From: the human T2T-CHM13v2.0 reference genome, Homo sapiens
DNA length: 64,000 nt
Reading direction: 5' to 3' (one strand)
Assembly: GCF_009914755.1 (NCBI RefSeq)
Contig: NC_060941.1
The position numbers were made by a program, and so were the translations under genes. This document shows positions 25,133-40,086 of the stretch, piece by piece (within the stretch, counting starts at the first letter, position 1; every line of letters begins with the position of its first letter). The notes beneath the pieces were generated by a model. The model was not told where the DNA came from, searched no databases, and saw only the letters and a program-made list of their open reading frames with translations.

Positions 25133-25745
25133 TGCTGGGACTCAGAAAGCAATACCTTAATTGAAGGCCTCAGAAGCAAAAGCTTTTATCTGACCCTCTC
25201 CTGTCCACTATCTCTCAACCTCATTCTCCCCTGAGGCTAGCCATAGAAACTGCAACCCCTCTTCTCCAAGGGGGTCACTGAAACCAGAACCTCTTTTCCC
25301 CAAAGCCAGCCATAAAACCTAAAATACATGACTTTAACCTTCCCTCCACCTTTCTGTGTAAGAACTGGCCATAAATAAATGATCTGTCCTACCTTGTTTG
25401 ACTGGAGGCCATAAGACCCCCATGCCAGAGAGGGTCCAGCTCCTCACCCAGAAGGAAGGAACACTGCACAGAGAGGCCAAGAAGAATCTAAGCGGATAGG
25501 CCTTACTGAGCTTCCCCACTCAGTCCGTCAGCATCAGCTCAAACCATGTGTGTTCACCCTGTTTCTACACGGCTGGTTATACTTCGATGAACATAAAATG
25601 GACAATTTCCCCTGTATCTTTTGGTCTTCATTCTGAAGGCTGCTGTGTACACTTCAATAAATTTTGCATGACTTTTCTTCAATGAATCTGCCTTTTGTAA
25701 GTTTGCAGCAAAAGTTCAGAGGGCAAAGGGAACATGGACCCTACA
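25133..25745 (+). mobile_element. MER39(B)-like ERV1 solo LTR
   Basis: TG...CA termini, 4-bp TSD gaac, aataaa at ~25656, ccccaaagccagccataaaacctaaaa motif. Confidence 0.8.
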
Positions 25746-26137
25746 GAACCAACCAAGCAAGGACTAAGGAGGGTGAGTCAGAACCAGAAAAAGCCAGTGG
25801 GCGCACCCGCCTTTCCACATAACAGAGCTGGGGCCTTGCGTGGGCTTCTCCATTTATCCCAGCTGATGTGAATGGGGGCTCCTGAGCCAGGCTCAGTCAA
25901 AGCCCCCCACTCCATGCAGAGGCCCCTGTGGGGTGAGAAGGAGCACAGGGGAGAGACCCACAGGGGGACGCCCGTCTCCTCCCCACCCCAGGCTTTGGTT
26001 CCATCTCCATTCTGAGGGTGGTCTCTGTGCCTGGGGTTTGGGGGAGTGAGTAGTGGGGATCCTGCTTACTCTGGCTCAATGGCAGTGCGTGCAGGCATGT
26101 GGGGAGGGGAGGGTGTGGCGGCAGAAATGCTGCTCCC

Positions 26138-26447
26138 AACCACACATGGTGGCTCACGCCTGTAATCCCAACACTTTGGGAAGCCGAGGCAGGTGAATCA
26201 TTTAAGGTCAGGAGTTCGAGACATGGCGAAACCCTGTCTCTACTAAAAATGCAAAAACTAGCTGGGCTTGGAGGCACACGCCTGTAGTCCCAGCTACTCA
26301 GGAGACTGAGGCAGCAGAATCACTTGAGCCCAGGAGGCAGAGATTGCTATGAGCTGAGATCACGCCACTGCACTCCAACCTGGGGCACAGAGTGGTTTTT
26401 TTCCATCTCAAAAAAAAAAAAAGAAAAAAAGAAAAGAAAAGAAAGAA
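26138..26447 (+). mobile_element. AluS
   Basis: Dimer with (GAAA)-rich tail. TSD gaaatgctg(c/t)tccc. Confidence 0.93.
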
Positions 26448-28734
26448 GGAAATGCTGTTCCCCGAGCTGCGAGGCTGGGCACAGCCAGCTTCTGTTCATG
26501 ATCCCAGAGGTAGATGCCTCAACACCCCTGCCTCAGCTAGCTCCAGAACTGAGCCCCCAATCTCCTTCCCGAAGTCTCCCCAAAGCCTTGTGGTTCCAGC
26601 CGCGGCTCTGTCATGGGGGCCTGCTCCCCAGGAAAGGGCTGCCACCTGTTTGAAGGAGCAGTCACCAGGTTTCCTCTAACCTGACCTTGGCCTCCTTCTG
26701 CTTTTAAAATTCGCTCCAAGAAGACATTAGCATGAATCCCAGGGGAGGGTTCCAGGCCATCTGGGGCTTTTCCTCAAGGACAATGACCCCAGGGGCCAGG
26801 GAGAGCACCAGTGTGGTAAGGAGCGGCCTGGCCGATGAGAGCCTGGCCCTGGTCTGGGCCGCCCCAGGAGAAGGAGCTCCAGCCCCATCTGCCCCTCAGG
26901 AGCTGCCTCTGCTGGCCCTGCAGGTGATGGGCCCCTCTGCTTCGCTGCAGGTCTCACCTAGGGTGTGGGTGGGGCCAGGGTTAGGAATTTCACTCCAGCT
27001 TGGTCTTGCCCATCCTGAGCAGCCCAGGAAGGCTCCGGCAGAGAGCAGGGCACACCCAGAAACTGGACCAGACAACTAGAACCCCTGGCCCAAAAAGGAA
27101 AAGGTGATGTCTGATGTCTGGCTTTTTGTCTCCTCTGGCTACCCTGACCCAGGGGATTGTCCCAGAGCAGTACATCAGTTGCCACTTCCTGGACACAACC
27201 TAGTGCTGGCCCATCTAGGGACTCTCCCTAGTTCATTCCAATTAAACAGAGGCTTTAGCCTGGCTCCCAGAAGGAAACAGCTCCGGCAAAGCAATGAAGT
27301 CCCCAACCATCTTTGCCTAACCCCCTTTCAAATTAAAAGGGGCTCTAAAGTCTAATTATGGCGGGGAACGTGTTGCCTCTTTAAACCAGAGGATCTGACT
27401 CCACTCAAGGGATATTTGTGCTTGCCTCCAGCCTCCCCTGAGCTAAAAAATTATATGCTTTCTCTCTCTGCTAAATTACAACATCCTCAGATTGGTGCTG
27501 GGCCTGAAGGGAGTCCCTGCCGGAAAACCCAAGTGTCGACTCTCTTTGCAAACTCTGAGCCAGTAATTGGTTTGGAAATACTGAGTGAATGGCTCAAAAG
27601 GCTTCAGGGGGATTAATGTGAAATAATGCATCCCCCGATGGCAAGGGGGGCACTTACGTGGGCATAGATGGTGGCAGGCACGGCCAGCTCCTGTTCATTC
27701 CTGTAAATTTCAGCCCATGGCGGAGAAGCATCATTAGACTTCCACTGGAAATGCAGCTTCTGGAGCCCAAACCAGCCCATAGAGCCAAACAATGTTGCAC
27801 CTTCTCAGCCACAGCCCCTTCCTTCCCTCAGGGGGGCGTCTCACCTGCATTCCCCTCACTTGAGCATCCTTGCAGGCCAGGGAAGAATAAAATTTGGCTC
27901 AAGGCAAATCACTTAACCATTCTGAGCCTCAGTTTGCTCATCTGTAAAATGGGAAGAATGATTCCAGTGACTCATGATGAGGATGAGATGCAGATAAGAA
28001 GTGTCGGGCTCTGGGGCCAGCCATGATAGGTGCTGGGCACATGGTGATCAGTCATTATTAGGACAGGGCTTAGCTCTGCACCAGGCACATCGCAGGTTGT
28101 CAGTAAATACCTGTCAGGCACTGGATACCTTGGGGACTGGATACACAGGTAGTGACAGGATAAGAGTAGGAAGAGGTCAGGCAGCCTTCACCAGCTGGGC
28201 CAGCTATCCCTGCAATGCCACCCTCAGCAAAGACTCCTGCAGAGGAAGTAACAAGCCCATCTGCCTTAGGCTGGAGCAACCTGGGACCTCCTTCTCCCTT
28301 CAGGCGACACTAAGCCCAGGTTTCAGAGCAATGGGAACGAGAGGGGCAAGGTTTCTAACTCAGCAGATGCACTCAGAAGGTCACTCTGCAGATACCAGGG
28401 AACACAGAAATTGAACCAGTGATGTCTCCCACAGGGATGCCCTGGAAAGGAATTATGTGCCCAGAAGACCAAAGTCAGGTACATTCTGGTGTACCTCCCC
28501 ACTGTCTCTTTCAATTACAATGACTTTCTCTTTTTTATTAGTTATGTTTAACAAATTCTAACAATGAGAACTGTTGATTGTAGAAAATTTTTAAAGCATA
28601 AAAAGTAATAAGAAAAAAAGTTTCCATACACTGACAACTCAGAGATACCTGTTGAACATTTCCTATGCATTTCCTTCCAGTCTTTTTTCTATGCTGCAGT
28701 TTTTAAAAACATAGAACTATCCAGTGCAGAGCAG

Positions 28735-29364
<630 letters not shown>

Positions 29365-29503
29365 TAAGCTTTGCAGAGCTTCTGATGTGCTCTGGACATG
29401 GTAACAAAGTGGTTCCATTCCCACAGTCGCTTTGGGTGGCCACTCCTTGGCTTCCAATCACATGCCTTCATTCTTTCATTTGTGCATTCACTCATTCATG
29501 TAG

Positions 29504-29866
<363 letters not shown>

Positions 29867-30513
29867 TAACATTAAGCAACTTGATCACGGTATGCCACAG
29901 AATCATAGTGACGCCTCAATTCACAAACATGCTGTGAAGAAAACTTCTCAATGAAATTCATAATGTTGTCACCATTAAAAAATATCTTCCTGTGTCACAC
30001 AGACAGCGACTCTGCTGCATAACCAAGCAGACAGAAGCACGAAGGTGACCAAACTGCCATCTGCCGATTTCCTCAAGGATTTTGGTTTTTACGAATGTCC
30101 TGGGCCGGGAGATGGCCAGTATGGACACTATGCAGTTCCATGTTCGATGATTTTATGCCATCTTGGGCTTAAACAGTCTCGGCTGGGAAGAAGCCTGGGG
30201 AAGGCAGAGGATGAGCAGCTTGGGACTCCCCAGCAGCGAGAATGTTCTGCTTTCTTGACTCGGCGTAGCAACCATGGGCTTGAGGGCCAGAAAGACCTGA
30301 GTTTGAATCGCTCCTCTGAGACGTGCTGTGGGGCCACGGGTAAGGAGTGTAACCGCAGGAACCGTTTTCTCATTTGTGCAGTGGAGATTCTGATACTCAC
30401 TGTAGTGACTATGAGGCTTAAGGGAGTGGGGTATAAAAGCATTTGTGCACTAATTATATGCAGTCCATGTTCAAGACGGGTTCCTGTCTTCATCTTCTCC
30501 AAAAAGATATTGA

Positions 30514-30996
<483 letters not shown>

Positions 30997-31424
30997 TGAG
31001 GAGGTGTGTGGGGGAGGGGCTAGAGAACCCTTTTGTTCAGTGACCCAGGTGATTCGGATGTGTAAGCAGGTGAGGAGATGCCTCCCTCCACTAGCAGCAT
31101 CCTAACAATAAAGCAAGTCCTTGATAGCACATCACAGAAGCCTGGGGCGCTTCAGTAGGGGCTCTCTCTGAGACACGCAAACCCACCGTGTTTAGATCCC
31201 CCGGATCTTTAGCTTCTCTCCAGCTGAAGGCTCTGATGCTCACTGGCCCCAAGCTTCCCACGAAGGCAGACTGCGGTGCCCAGTTCACCCCACCTCTCTC
31301 CAGGTCCTGCCTCCCACCCCCAGCCCTGAAGCCATTAGCTCTGGCCTGGTGCCTGCAGACCCTGGCTCATGGAGAGGCAGCATGGTGCAGTGGCTAGGGG
31401 CGTGTGTGTGAGATCCACACTCGA

Positions 31425-32000
31425 GCTGTCTTATAAAGTAGCCGCCAGCCATTTGAGTTACTTTATAACTCGAATCCAAATTCATCAATTAAAAACCCAG
31501 CGCCTCAGTCTCACTAGTGAGAAGGAGAAATAAGGGCAGCCCTGGCCTCTGGAAGCTGGCCTGGGCCTCACTCGGGAGTCCTGTTCTCCCGTTCACTCCC
31601 TACTCAGACAAGGCCGCTCTGAAACCACAATGAAATGAGACAGAGCGAGGATGCACGTGATTTTGCCCTTGCCCTTTGAAGGCATTGAATCTGGAGTGAG
31701 CTCCTGACTCCTCAGACCCTCCCCTAAGTCAGCCATAGACCACATCCTAGAATAAGTCCTCTCTGACACCCCCTCCCTGTGACACCCTGTAGTTCCACAT
31801 GGACGTGTTCTCCCTCACTGCAGCCAATAATAACTCAGCTTGTTCAACCGCAAGTGCATTCCTGGTGGTCTTTGACTGGGACGACATTGACTAGCTACAC
31901 TTCAAGTGCTCAGTGGTCACATGTGGCCAGGGGCTACCACGCTGGACAGCATACCCAGAACCATTCTGCCACTGTAGAAAGTTCTGCTGAGTAGCACTGG
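31425..32000. mobile_element. MER3-like MITE split by an LTR, itself inside a MIR
   Basis: ..cctcagtctcactag | ctacacttcaagtgctcagtggtcacatgtggc..tagaaagttctgctgagtagcactg; MIR halves at ~31378-31424 and ~32001-32150. Confidence 0.65.
31518..31890 (+). mobile_element. ERVL-class solo LTR (MER54/MER73/MER74-like)
   Basis: tgagaaggagaaataagggcagccctg..gttctccctcactgcagccaataataactcagcttgttcaac..tggtggtctttg; flanked by an actag duplication. Confidence 0.6.
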
Positions 32001-32162
32001 TCTACATGATCTGACTCCAAATCTTGACTGCAATTAAGCAGCCGTGTGAACAAGGACACCTCCTGTAACCATTCTGAGCTTTGGTTTCCTCGTCTGTAAG
32101 ATGGGAGTTGTCCTGAGGATTAAATGAGGCAACACATGTTAAGCACCTAACCTTACGCCTAC

Positions 32163-32692
32163 TGTGGTAGTCTTTAAATATGTTCTTACATTCTTTGATT
32201 CTCCTCCCTTTAAGAGGTGGAATTTAATTTTTCTCTTCTTGAAGGTGGGCTGAACTTAGTGACTCCCTTCTAATGAATGAAATATTGCAGACATAACAAC
32301 GCCACTTGCAAAACCAGGTCATAAAAGGCTGGGTGGCTTCTTCCTTTTGTTCTTCTTCACATGCTCAGGGAAAGTCGGCTGCCATGTTGTGAGGACACTC
32401 AAGCAGCCCTATGGGGAGGGCCACATGGCGATGAACAAAGGCCCCCAACCGACGGCAAAGTGAGGGAGCCACTGTAGATGTGGATTCTTCTGCCCCTGTT
32501 CAACCTGTAGAGGCAGTGGCCCTGGCTGACAGCTGCACTGCAACCTCATGAAAGACTTTGAGCCACAACCACCCAGTAAAGCCATGCTCAGATTCCCAAG
32601 ACCTCAGAAACTTTGTGAGATAACCAACATTTCTTATTTTAAGCCACTAAGTTTTGGGGTAATTTGTTACACAGCAATAGGTAACTAATACA
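32163..32692 (+). mobile_element. MLT1F-like MaLR LTR
   Basis: tgtggtag..ctcctccctttaagaggtgga..gccatgttgtgaggacactcaagcagccctatgg..ttaagccactaagttttggggtaatttgttacacagcaataggtaactaataca. Confidence 0.85.
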
Positions 32693-33844
32693 CATGGCAT
32701 ATGAGTGGCACTTAGTTTGTGTTAGCCATGCTAGCCAATGGTCCGTGGAGCTGGCCTACAGGGAAAGAATCCAGATCAGCTCACATAGGCAGCGGGTCTG
32801 CCAAGTTGTTCTCCATATGGCAAATGGAGAACTGACCTCTGGTCTTTGATGTCAATCTGTGAGTGTGGTCAGCGGGGTCACTCCAGAGATGAGCCACTGG
32901 ACTCAAAGCAACAGCCAGGAAATGAGTCGGGGATGACACATCGGGGTTCTGGCTGTCCATGGCCTAGGACAGCTCTCAGGTACAGCCTACCAGGGAGCAC
33001 CTTGTGAGCCAGAGAGGGTCTTTCCAGCAGAACCTATGGGTCGCCTGGCATCCACACTGTAGCCCTGAGTCTGTAGCAGGCTGCCCAGGGACCCACGGGT
33101 GAATTTCCACTTTTCCAGGAGAGGAGCTATGAGGTTGGAAAGGCAGAGGGAAGCCCAGCATGCCCCGGCCTTGGCACCAGCCCTTCCTTAGCTCAGCCCT
33201 CCCCTGTCCCCACCAGAGCCACAGGCTGCTTCACCGAGGTGAACCCTTCCTGCTTCCTGGGAACACCACAGTGTCCCCCCAGGAACACACAATGTCCCTG
33301 GCACGAAGGACAGTCAGAGAGAGCATGCACCGCCCCACACCACTCAGAGACCCCCATCTCCAGAACCCCCTCCCTGCACAAATGGGCTAGAACCCCAGAG
33401 AGAAGAAGAGGGCAACCCAAAGCAAGAAGGCAGCCTGGGACCCCACGGCCCTTCAGCGTGTGACTCAGGGAACATGGTGCATTCATCCCAGAACTGAATG
33501 TGCACATCCCTGGTTCTCTCTCCACGTCCCACAGCCAGGGAAGGGAGGGTGACCCTGCCACAAGCACTTAACAAGTTAACCTGAAATGCCCCGTCCCTAG
33601 CTCCCCAGACCTCAGGGCCTCCAAAGGGAGTGAGGCAGGGACACCCAGAACCCTTGCAAGGACATTAATTGAATGTTGAACTCTGCACTCAAATGAAGAG
33701 GTATGTCACCCCCCACCCACCTTGAATGCACAGTCTAGAGCTCTCTACCATACTCTGCTGGGGCCCCTCCATCTGGTACCTAATGGCTATGAAGAACAGG
33801 GGACCCCCTCTTTTTTGAGTAACTGCAAGTAAGCCGTCTACACT

Positions 33845-34035
33845 GGGTTAACAATATGTATTTATGATACAAAATTGCCAGCGGCTTCTGCATTTTCACA
33901 CGTGTTTGTTAATGAAAAGTAACCCGGGGGTCAGGTTATTATGTAAATATCCACTGTGGGTGAGGGGGTTGGAGGTGAAGCACCCCATAATGAGGTGCCT
34001 CCATCCATCTCTCAGGAGCGCTAATGAATATTGGA
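33845..34035. promoter_or_regulatory. Candidate enhancer (dense TF-motif cluster)
   Basis: AACAAT, TTTATGA, CACGTG (33899), TGTTTGTT, TTATGTAA (33939), TGTAAATA and several TAATGA in non-repeat AT-rich DNA. Confidence 0.4.
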
Positions 34036-35539
34036 TCTGGTCATTTGCCCGGCACTCAGGCCTCACTTTACCAAACAGAGGGACGGGAAGGACGTTTGAG
34101 CTCAAATGAACCACTTCTCCCTTCATTTCCGCGTGACCCCAGTGAATTTCAACCCTCCCACCTCCTCCCTCCCCATTCCACCATGCTCGGGTGTTCCCGA
34201 GCCCACAGAGGCGAGAGACAAGGGACATTGGCTGGAGAAGCTTCTGGCTGTTTATAGTTTGCAGGAATCACAAAAAAACCACCCACCCTGCCTTGCTGCC
34301 TCTGACTCAGAAACCATCAACCTGCGCCTCCCCCAGAAAATAAGATGAGTGAGGATAGAGTGGTATCCTGGAGTCCCACTCAGGGTGGGAGGCGTTAACC
34401 ACGTGGTAGGGGACAGAGGTCCTGCAGTTGACCCAAGGAGGGGCAGCCAGCCTCTTGGCATCTGCAAACAGGAGTAGTGGACTGGACCAGGCTGCCAGGT
34501 GAGGCCAGGAGAGGCTGAGCAGCAAAGACCACCCTGTCAGGAAGGCAGACCAGCTGCACACACAGGGTTCCCAACTGCAGGCTGTAGGGAAGAGTCTACC
34601 TTGTATTTTTCCAGTGCCCAAGCTGAAGGCTCCAACCAATGCCATCAAAGGCAGGAGGCAGCTGGTCCCAGCAGGCTCAGTCTTCCTGACGGTGGAAGGT
34701 CCGCCTGCCCTCCCTCCCAGGGTCTGTGCAAAGCTCATTTAGGGCTCTGAGTAATGGAATGTTGCCACTGGGGTGTCTCTACAAACGAGATACTACATCT
34801 CCCAAGACTTCCCTGGGTAAATAAAAGCTAAATATAAATGATGTGACTGTGTCGCACTCCAGCTCTGCCTTTGACTAGAGGGAACATGCTGAAATGGTTG
34901 ATTAAAAATAAATAAAATTAGGCTCTTCTAGTTCCTCCCAACATAAAGGCAGGGCTTCTCCCTCTGAGCCGCTGAGATAAAGCCGCCCAGCCTGTAGCAG
35001 GAGCTCCTGGGGTCCCGGCCATGCGTGGGTTATGGCTGGTTTTATGGCCGCTGTATGATTTACACCCACTTGCAGGCATGTAGCAAACAGATACATTTTT
35101 AAGCAGTAATTGTCATGTATATGGGCCCTTGAGTGTCTGGAGAAACGTCTCTCCAGAGGAAGACTGGTGTTCTGTCTCTCCCATCAAGAGCAGGATCGTG
35201 AAGAGCAGGTGACTGGGGATAAATTTCAGGGGCTCCCCCTGGGGACCAGGAAGTAGGGACATCAGTAAGCCCAGCCTGGCCTTCCTCTGCCCTTCTTGGA
35301 AATGCTGACAAACACCAACACTGGAAACTGCTACTGTCACCCCACTTCCCGCACGGCACCCTCCACAACAGGAAGACCCCCGCTGCAACATACTCCTTTC
35401 TCCCAGGCTCTGGGCTCGGGTGGGGAAGGACAAGGTCAGCACCTCACCTTTTCATGCTGCCCTCAGTGCTGGGGTTCCAACGCTCAGGTGGCTGGACCCA
35501 CCAACAGGATGGAGGCAACCAAAGGAAGCAGCTTGGTCC

Positions 35540-36293
<754 letters not shown>

Positions 36294-36409
36294 ATATTGC
36301 AGCCAATTTCAAACCAACGACATGACATCTCTGAACCCATGGTGGGAAAGAGATGTAGCCCTCATTTCATAATAGTTCCACCATGCGAATACAAGAAATA
36401 TCACTCGCC

Positions 36410-37935
36410 AACAACACTGTGACTGTCACAGCACCATGACGGCATTCAACAGCACCTTGACTGCATTCAACAACACTGTGACTGTCACAGCACCGTGACG
36501 GCATTCAACAGCACCTTGACTGCATTCAACAACACTGTGACTGTCACAGCACCGTGACGGCGTTCAACGACACCGTGACTGCATTCAACAACACTGTGAC
36601 TGTCACAGCACCGTGACGGCGTTCAACAGCACCTTGACTGCATTCAACAACACTGTGACTGTCACAGCACCGTGACGGCGTTCAACAGCACCTTGACTGC
36701 ATTCAACAACACTGTGACTGTCACAGCACCATGACGGCATTCAACAACACTGTGACTGTCACAGCACCGTGACGGCATTCAACAGCACCTTGACTGCATT
36801 CAACAACACTGTGACTGTCACAGCACCATGACGGCATTCAACAGCACCTTGACTGCATTCAACAACACTGTGACTGTCACAGCACCGTGACGGCTTTCAA
36901 CAGCACCTTGACTGCATTCAACAACACTGTGACTGTCACAGCACCATGACGGCATTCAACAACACTGTGACTGTCACAGCACCATGACGGCATTCAACAG
37001 CACCTTGACTGCATTCAACAACACTGTGACTGTCACAGCACCATGACGGCATTCAACAACACTGTGACTGTCACAGCACCGTGACGGCATTCAACAGCAC
37101 CTTGACTGCATTCAACAACACTGTGACTGTCACAGCACCATGACGGCATTCAACAACACTGTGACTGTCACAGCACCGTGACGGCATTCAACAGCACCTT
37201 GACTGCATTCAACAACACTGTGACTGTCACAGCACCATGACGGCATTCAACAGCACCTTGACTGCATTCAACAACACTGTGACTGTCACAGCACCATGAT
37301 GGCATTCAACAACACTGTGACTGTCACAGCACCATGATGGCATTCAACAACACTGTGACTGTCACAGCACCATGACGGCATTCAACAGCACCTTGACTGC
37401 ATTCAACAACACTGTGACTGTCACAGCACCGTGACGGCATTCAACAGCACCTTGACTGCATTCAACAACACTGTGACTGTCACAGCACCGTGACGGCGTT
37501 CAACAGCACCTTGACTGCATTCAACAACACTGTGACTGTCACAGCACCGTGACGGCATTCAACAGCACCTTGACTGCATTCAACAACACTGTGACTGTCA
37601 CAGCACCGTGACGGCATTCAACGACACCGTGACTGCATTCAACAACACTGTGACTGTCACAGCACCATGACGGCGTTCAACAGCACCTTGACTGCATTCA
37701 ACAACACTGTGACTGTCACAGCACCGTGACGGCATTCAACAGCACCTTGACTGCATTCAACAACACTGTGACTGTCACAGCACCGTGACGGCATTCAACA
37801 GCACCTTGACTGCATTCAACAACACTGTGACTGTCACAGCACCGTGACGGCATTCAACAGCACCTTGACTGCATTCAACAACACTGTGACTGTCACAGCA
37901 CCGTGACGGCGTTCAACAGCACCGTGACTGTGTTC
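36410..37935 (+). repeat. Higher-order minisatellite (VNTR): 28 units of 59 or 38 bp
   Basis: Unit = acaacactgtgactgtc (17) + acagcacc(g/a)tgacggcattca (21) +/- acagcaccttgactgcattca (21). 28 copies of cactgtgactgtcacag counted from 36415 to 37882. Confidence 0.98.
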
Positions 37936-38010
37936 AATGCCACCAAATTGTTGACTTTTAAAATGGTTCATTTTATTTTATGTAAATTTTACCTTCATAT
38001 AAGAAAAAAA
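37920..38010 (+). mobile_element. 3' end of an old L1M (MB/MC-like)
   Basis: gtgactgtgttcaatgccaccaaattgttgacttttaaaatggtt..tttatgtaaattttacc then an A-rich tail; matches remembered L1M tail gtgaatgtacttaatgccactgaattgtacacttaaaaatgg. Confidence 0.7.
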
Positions 38011-39277
38011 GGGATGAGTTGGTCCCTCAAACCCCTTCCAGGTGTCAAATTTTGTGGATTATCATCTCATGTGTTCCCATCACTGCACTCCCCCCTCGGC
38101 CAGACGTCTGGAGACACCTAGACACCCTAATGGTCCCTGGTATTGGAACAACTCACCACAGCGCCTCAATTAATGGAGAAGAGGGGATCCTTCGTGGCCA
38201 GAACCTCAAGGGAAACCCCACACAGGAGGAGCACGTGTTCCAGCGTGCCAGAGAAGGGTGGCAGTGATGTGGGGGCATCGTGAAGTGGCTGCATGGAGAG
38301 TACAGGATCCACCAAGAAGCTGGCGGCACCCATGGAGGAGACGGCCCTGGGTCAGGTCTGGGGAGCCTAGCGGGGAGGTGGGGTGCTGTCTGGGGGTGGG
38401 GTAGGGACTGGGGAGCCCCAAGTAGGGGACGGGGATCAAGGTGGAGGCCACAGAGGATATTCAAACTGGTCAAAAACCGTGACAAATCTGCACATCCCGA
38501 ATATCCTGTTTCTTCCTATCACGCCCCAGGGTGCTGTATGGGAACACATGACATTTTCCTTAAAAGGTTAGGGCTCCATCCCTAAGCATCCCTAATTCCT
38601 CCCAATGACCCATCTGTGTATTAGAACATGCTTCCTGGATCTACATTTATATAGCGTAATGTGTCCAGAGACGTTTCCTGGGGAACCCGTGGTAATCTTT
38701 TGCTGAGACCTGCAGAGGTGAGGCGCATGTCCCTCACAAGCCCCCATCTCCCTCAACCGCCGTTCCATGGGCGTGTGGGTGAGTACACCCTGCTTCCTCC
38801 CAAACTTCCTTCCAAATGAGCCCTCCCGATGAGGACAGAGCCCTGCATGGGCCTGGGGGTGATTATGGAGTCCCCTTTGGGCCAGGGGCACGAGGACACA
38901 GAGCCCTGCTTTCGGGCCCAGCCTCGATCTGGGCCTTATGAGTCTCTCTGCCCAGTTCTCTTTATTCTCCCTTCATTTTTAGAAATGAGGACACCAGCCT
39001 GGCTTCTGCTCTACTAAGAAGAATGAGGAGAACAGAGTTTTTATTCTGCTTGGACATGAGTCTAAAAAAGTGAGTCCCCCATGGGTAAACCCCAGAGGGA
39101 AGGTGGCTCGCCCTGCCCACACCAGCCCCCCGACGCAGCCTCAGATGCATCTGCACTATGGTTTCTGTTGGTATGGGAGAAAACATTGATAATCCTTTTC
39201 TTCTGCAATGAGAACAATCCATGTAATGTGGAGAAATTAGAACTTACAGAAAACATGAAGAAGAAAATGTAAATCCC

Positions 39278-39577
<300 letters not shown>

Positions 39578-39651
39578 TTAAAGTAAATCCCTCTTATCCC
39601 ACCCAGAAGTGTGTCCCTTAACACTTTGGGAAACATCTTTATAGAAAAATG

Positions 39652-39973
39652 CAGGGCCAGCTTCATGCACGTGGACCTGGGCAATGCTGGGCTCTGTGCT
39701 CAGAGGCGCCCCGAGCTGGGTTTAATGTTCTGCTATCACCATCTTGAAATTTTCCATTTTATTTTATTTTATGTTAGAAATGGGGTCTCACGATGTTGCC
39801 CAGGCTGGACTCCTCAAACTCCTGGACTCCAGCCTCAGCCTCCTGAGTAGCTGGAGCCGGGACTACAGGAACACATCACTGTGCTCAGCTCCTCAAATTC
39901 TTAATCACTTTTGAACAAGGGAACCTACATTTTCATTTTGCACTTGGCCCCCAAAATTATATAGCTAGTACTG
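39652..39973. mobile_element. MER91A hAT-Tip100 MITE split by an antisense Alu monomer (~39758-39890)
   Basis: cagggccagcttcatg..tttaatgttctgct.tcaccatcttgaaatt | aaattcttaa..ttttgaacaaggg..cattttcattttgcact.ggccc. Confidence 0.75.
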
Positions 39974-40086
39974 GATACGAGTTTTTAACATCAAAATTGA
40001 GATTATATGGTGTTTGTACTATTTTAACAAGTTTATTTAAGATAAACCCCTTCGAGTAACATATAAATGGTTTTCAAAAAATCGAA

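Noticed and set aside
36410-37935. CRISPR-like array (palindromic repeats at regular spacing)
   Set aside because: The intervening sequences are near-identical related monomers, not unique spacers; there are no cas genes and the context is human.
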